The translations under genes were made by a program, and so were the position numbers. Below, piece by piece: positions 17,123 to 20,000 of a stretch of DNA of 20,000 nt. This DNA comes from Rhabdothermincola salaria (GTDB lineage Bacteria; Actinomycetota; Acidimicrobiia; Acidimicrobiales; Acidimicrobilacustridaceae): positions 418,690 to 438,689 of the forward strand of contig NZ_JAJQXW010000003.1 in NCBI RefSeq assembly GCF_021246445.1, written 5' to 3'. Below the pieces are notes generated by a model. That model was not told the origin of the DNA. It saw only the letters and a list, made by a program, of their open reading frames with translations, and made no database searches. The number at the start of each line of letters is the position of its first letter. The stretch's first letter is position 1.

Positions 17123-18526
17123 CTACGAGGGCCGTGCGGGCAGGCCGAGCACGTCGGCCTTGGCCGCGGTGTACTCGTCGTCGCTCAGGGCACCGCGGCC
17201 GTGGAGCTCGGCCAGACGCTCCAACGAGTCGACCGAGGCCGTACCGGTACCGGCCGCAGCGGCGTTCGTGCCCCGACGCGCCCACCAGTCCGACACCGAC
17301 GACCATCCCGAGCGGGCGGTGCCCGTGACCACCTCTCGCAGCTGGCCCCACTCGGCGTCGGGGAACTCCCGGCGGCTCTGGCGGCGGAGGGCCTCGACCG
17401 CGAACCCGTAGACGGCCAGCAGGATGAGGGTGGACCACCAGACGTCGAACGCCGGCAGCGGACTCCAGAGCACGAGCAGGCCGAAGACCACGGCGGCGGT
17501 CGACCACACGGCCCACGGCTCGGTGCTGAGGAGCGGGGCGGCCTCACGACGCACCGCCACCGCCGCCCGGCTCGGACCGGCGTAGACCGCGCCGGCGACC
17601 AGCACGACCCCGTAGGCGACGCCCGCCCAGGCCAGCTGGGCGAGGAGCGCGGAGGCGATCATGAACACCGAACGGGCCGGGGCCTCGTTGGCCGGGTTCT
17701 CCACCATCGACACCACGTAGTCGAGCGAGAGGCGTCGCACCACGAGCAGCACGATGCTGGCCCCCAGCAGCGACCAGCCGACGAGACGGATGGTGCGGCG
17801 ACGGTCGACCGAGAGGAACACCGCGAGCGCATAGAGGGCGATGACCACGACGAACAGCCACACGCTCAGCGTCTGGGTGATCTGCACGGCGCGCTGGGCG
17901 GCCGCGAGCTCGTCGGACTCGGCGATCACGATGTTGCCGACGTCGGGTGGGATCTGGTCGAGGAGGTCGGACGAGAGCCCGAGCTGCTCGCCGAGCTGGC
18001 GGACGAGGTCCCCCAGTTCGAGGGTCACCACCCCGTCGGCGGTCGACACCACGTTCAGGTCGTCCTCGAGGACGGCGACGAGGGTCTCGTGGGCGCGTCG
18101 GTTCACCCGGCTCCACAGGTTCTGCACCTGGTTGGTGTCGAGGAGGTACCCCACGGCCTGGGTGGCCGGTTGCCGCAGCGCGGCCGCCGCCGGACCGGCG
18201 AGCCCTTCGAGGTCCTCGGGCAGGGCGTCGGCGAGCTGGGCCTGCACGTCGACCTGGGCGTAGAGCTCGCTCACGATGTACTCCGACAGCGCCGCCTGGA
18301 CGTCGGGATCTTCGAGCAGCTCGTCGCTGGCCGCCACCCAGTTGTCGGTGTTCAGCACCTGGCGCTGCACCCACGCCGTCAACGAGGCGAGCACGGCGAG
18401 CACGGTGGCCACGGCCACCAGGGCGACGACCCATCCCCGACGGGGGTGCCGGCCCTGGACGGGCGCGCCGTCGGTCTCGGTGGTCCCGGCCTCGGTGGGT
18501 GGATCGGGCTGGTCAGCGGTGGTCAT
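17123..18526 (-). CDS. Integral membrane protein with C-terminal SHOCT domain
   Basis: N-terminal TM, large helical loop, about 5 further TMs; C-terminal LERLAELHGRGALSDDEYTAAKADVL (SHOCT); SD GAGGGAG before ATG 18526. Confidence 0.85.
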   Translation of the reverse strand: MTTADQPDPPTEAGTTETDGAPVQGRHPRRGWVVALVAVATVLAVLASLTAWVQRQVLNTDNWVAASDELLEDPDVQAALSEYIVSELYAQVDVQAQLADALPEDLEGLAGPAAAALRQPATQAVGYLLDTNQVQNLWSRVNRRAHETLVAVLEDDLNVVSTADGVVTLELGDLVRQLGEQLGLSSDLLDQIPPDVGNIVIAESDELAAAQRAVQITQTLSVWLFVVVIALYALAVFLSVDRRRTIRLVGWSLLGASIVLLVVRRLSLDYVVSMVENPANEAPARSVFMIASALLAQLAWAGVAYGVVLVAGAVYAGPSRAAVAVRREAAPLLSTEPWAVWSTAAVVFGLLVLWSPLPAFDVWWSTLILLAVYGFAVEALRRQSRREFPDAEWGQLREVVTGTARSGWSSVSDWWARRGTNAAAAGTGTASVDSLERLAELHGRGALSDDEYTAAKADVLGLPARPS

Positions 18527-18598
18527 GGCCAGGCTCCCTCGCTCGGGTCGGGCAACGTGCCACGAGCAGGCTTGCGCATACGGCCTGCCCGCGGCGGG

Positions 18599-18847
18599 AT
18601 GATCGCGACCGGCCGGAGGCAGGGTCGGACGCCCGACCGCGTCGGGAGCGAACTCTCCCCCGTCCGTCTGGGCCCCTTGCTCCACGCTCGGCGAAGAGAA
18701 CTCGGACAGCCCGTTCTCGGCGACTGGCTCTCCGACTCCGCCCGTCGGGTCGGTCCGACCGTCACCGTGCGCTTCTCCGGTCGCAACTGGCACGACGAGG
18801 AGCTCCTGGCCTACGAGCACACCTTCGCCGTGCCGCCACTCGGATAG
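18599..18847 (+). pseudogene. Possible short ORF or gene remnant
   Basis: Tail VLGDWLSDSARRVGPTVTVRFSGRNWHDEELLAYEHTFAVPPLG reads as protein-like, unlike surrounding shadow frames; no clear SD or family. Confidence 0.2.
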
Positions 18848-18917
18848 CTGCCGTGCCCTGGCCCGGCCCCCGGCGCCGCCGCTGCGGACGACGACGAGGA
18901 AGGGCGACACGAGGCCG

Positions 18918-19157
18918 TCACCGTGCGGGGCGAGATGCGTCGCAACGGTTCGACGCACGCCGCAGACGTCGCACACCGGAGACGGCGCCGCCGACGACGC
19001 AGCCCAGCACCGCTCCGAGCACGGCCGATGGCACGCCCAGCTCGAAGACGGCGAACCAGGCCGTCGGGGGGTTGGCCATCAGCCCGAGCACCAGGCCGAC
19101 CACGGCTCCCACCGCGCCGAGGCCCACGCCGGAGATGATCGCGACGCGCACCGGCAT
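18918..19157 (-). CDS. Small two-TM hypothetical membrane protein (start uncertain; could be GTG 19220)
   Basis: MPVRVAIISGVGLGAVGAVVGLVLGLMANPPTAWFAVFELGVPSAVLGAVLGCVVGG..RRLRR: Gly-rich helical hairpin with basic tail. Confidence 0.6.
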   Translation of the reverse strand: MPVRVAIISGVGLGAVGAVVGLVLGLMANPPTAWFAVFELGVPSAVLGAVLGCVVGGAVSGVRRLRRASNRCDASRPAR

Positions 19158-19404
19158 GGGAAACGCACGCGCGCCACGCCGTGCCTCCGCCGTCCAAGCC
19201 GCCGGTCCGCCCACCTGCACAGCCTGCCAGGCCCGCTCGACGCGTGCCGAAGGTCGAGGCTCTGACGAGACGCCGACACCGAGCCCACGAGGAGAAGCCC
19301 CTCGACGACGCCACCCACGACCCGGCCCGGACCTCCCACCGTGACGCCCCCACCCAGCGCGGCGCCTGCCCACAGGTGCCCGAGCACAGCAAGGGTGAAG
19401 CAGC

Positions 19405-19497
19405 CGCAGTGTCGCAGTGTCGCAGTGTCGCAGTGTCGCAGTGCCGCAGTGCCGCAGTGCCGCAGTGCCGCAGTACCGCAGTACCGCAGTACCGCAG
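19405..19497. repeat. 8-bp tandem repeat array CGCAGT(GT/GC/AC), 11 units plus a partial unit
   Basis: 4x CGCAGTGT, 4x CGCAGTGC, 3x CGCAGTAC, then CGCAG. Confidence 0.95.
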
Positions 19498-19518
19498 GGT
19501 TGGAGTCGACGATCCGCC

Positions 19519-20000
19519 TCAGGCGGCGGTGACGTAGACGGCGATCGGCGTCCCGTCCTGGGCTCGGCCGAGCAGGTCCGGCGGCCGACGCCGGCGAGGG
19601 CCGCCGGTGAGACGGTTCCGGGGCTCGATCCGTGGGCTGCCGGCTTCCGGACTGGAGCCAGAACCGGGTCCAGACCCAGGGCCGGGGCCGGAATCGGAAT
19701 CGGGGCCGGGGCCGGGGCCGGGGCCGGGGCTCGCTGCATCGGCGGCCCGCCCGGGGCCTTCGGTCGCCCCGGTGGTGAGGCCCGGGTGGGTGGAGCCGTC
19801 GGCGGGCCCACCATCGACCGGGGTCGCGACGGGGGCGGGGCCTTCGGGGATCCGGGCGGTGAGGGTGAGTCGGGCCTGGGCGTAGCCGCAGACGCCCGGG
19901 GCGGCTCGGTTCTCGTCGCTCTCGTCGTCCCCGTCGTTCTCGTCGGTGGGGTTCGGGCGGGGGGCTCCGTCGTCGGCCGTGTCCTTTGCGGCGGTGCTGC
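19519..20000 (-). CDS. 3' end of a protein with a long low-complexity acidic/Pro-Gly tail (truncated by window)
   Basis: Manual translation is open from 19998 to TGA 19521-19519: ...DENDGDDESDEN...SPGPGPGPGPDSDSGPGPGSGPGSGSS...PDLLGRAQDGTPIAVYVTAA*. Not in the ORF track because its start is outside the window. Confidence 0.6.
   Translation of the reverse strand, partial: STAAKDTADDGAPRPNPTDENDGDDESDENRAAPGVCGYAQARLTLTARIPEGPAPVATPVDGGPADGSTHPGLTTGATEGPGRAADAASPGPGPGPGPDSDSGPGPGSGPGSGSSPEAGSPRIEPRNRLTGGPRRRRPPDLLGRAQDGTPIAVYVTAA

Noticed and set aside
17123..18976. 617-aa version of the SHOCT membrane protein
   Set aside because: First 150 aa are not protein-like; a good SD precedes ATG 18526.
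19405..19497. Repeat array as CRISPR or as a CGTAALRH peptide repeat
   Set aside because: 8-bp units with no spacers and no cas genes; the peptide periodicity is a by-product of the non-triplet repeat.

Overview
Very GC-rich (roughly 70%+, by eye) actinobacterial chromosomal segment; gene style suggests Acidimicrobiia (inference). It carries about 17 real genes; most long ORFs in the track are antisense or frame shadows. Left to right: start of a probably secreted protein, divergent from a LysR regulator with a clean T-N11-A operator; an acyltransferase-3/serine-hydrolase (beta-lactamase fold) fusion; a convergent, tightly coupled minus-strand operon (ThrE exporter with an unusual secreted Thr-rich N-terminus, FAD oxidoreductase, GT2); SRPBCC; enoyl-CoA hydratase; tandem SnoaL/NTF2 protein; TetR plus GT1 glycosyltransferase; ribonuclease J; a FadE26-like acyl-CoA dehydrogenase; a secreted TAP-like alpha/beta hydrolase ending in PAFTG; a SHOCT membrane protein; a small membrane protein; and the low-complexity tail of a gene running off the right edge. 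No rRNA, tRNA, CRISPR or transposase was seen. The most interesting signals are the AT3-SxxK fusion, the anchorless C-terminal PxFTG motif, a possible AUC start codon for rnj with a palindrome over its SD, the mucin-like ThrE operon, and a loop-less 50-bp perfect palindrome. All family calls come from motif recognition, not database searches.
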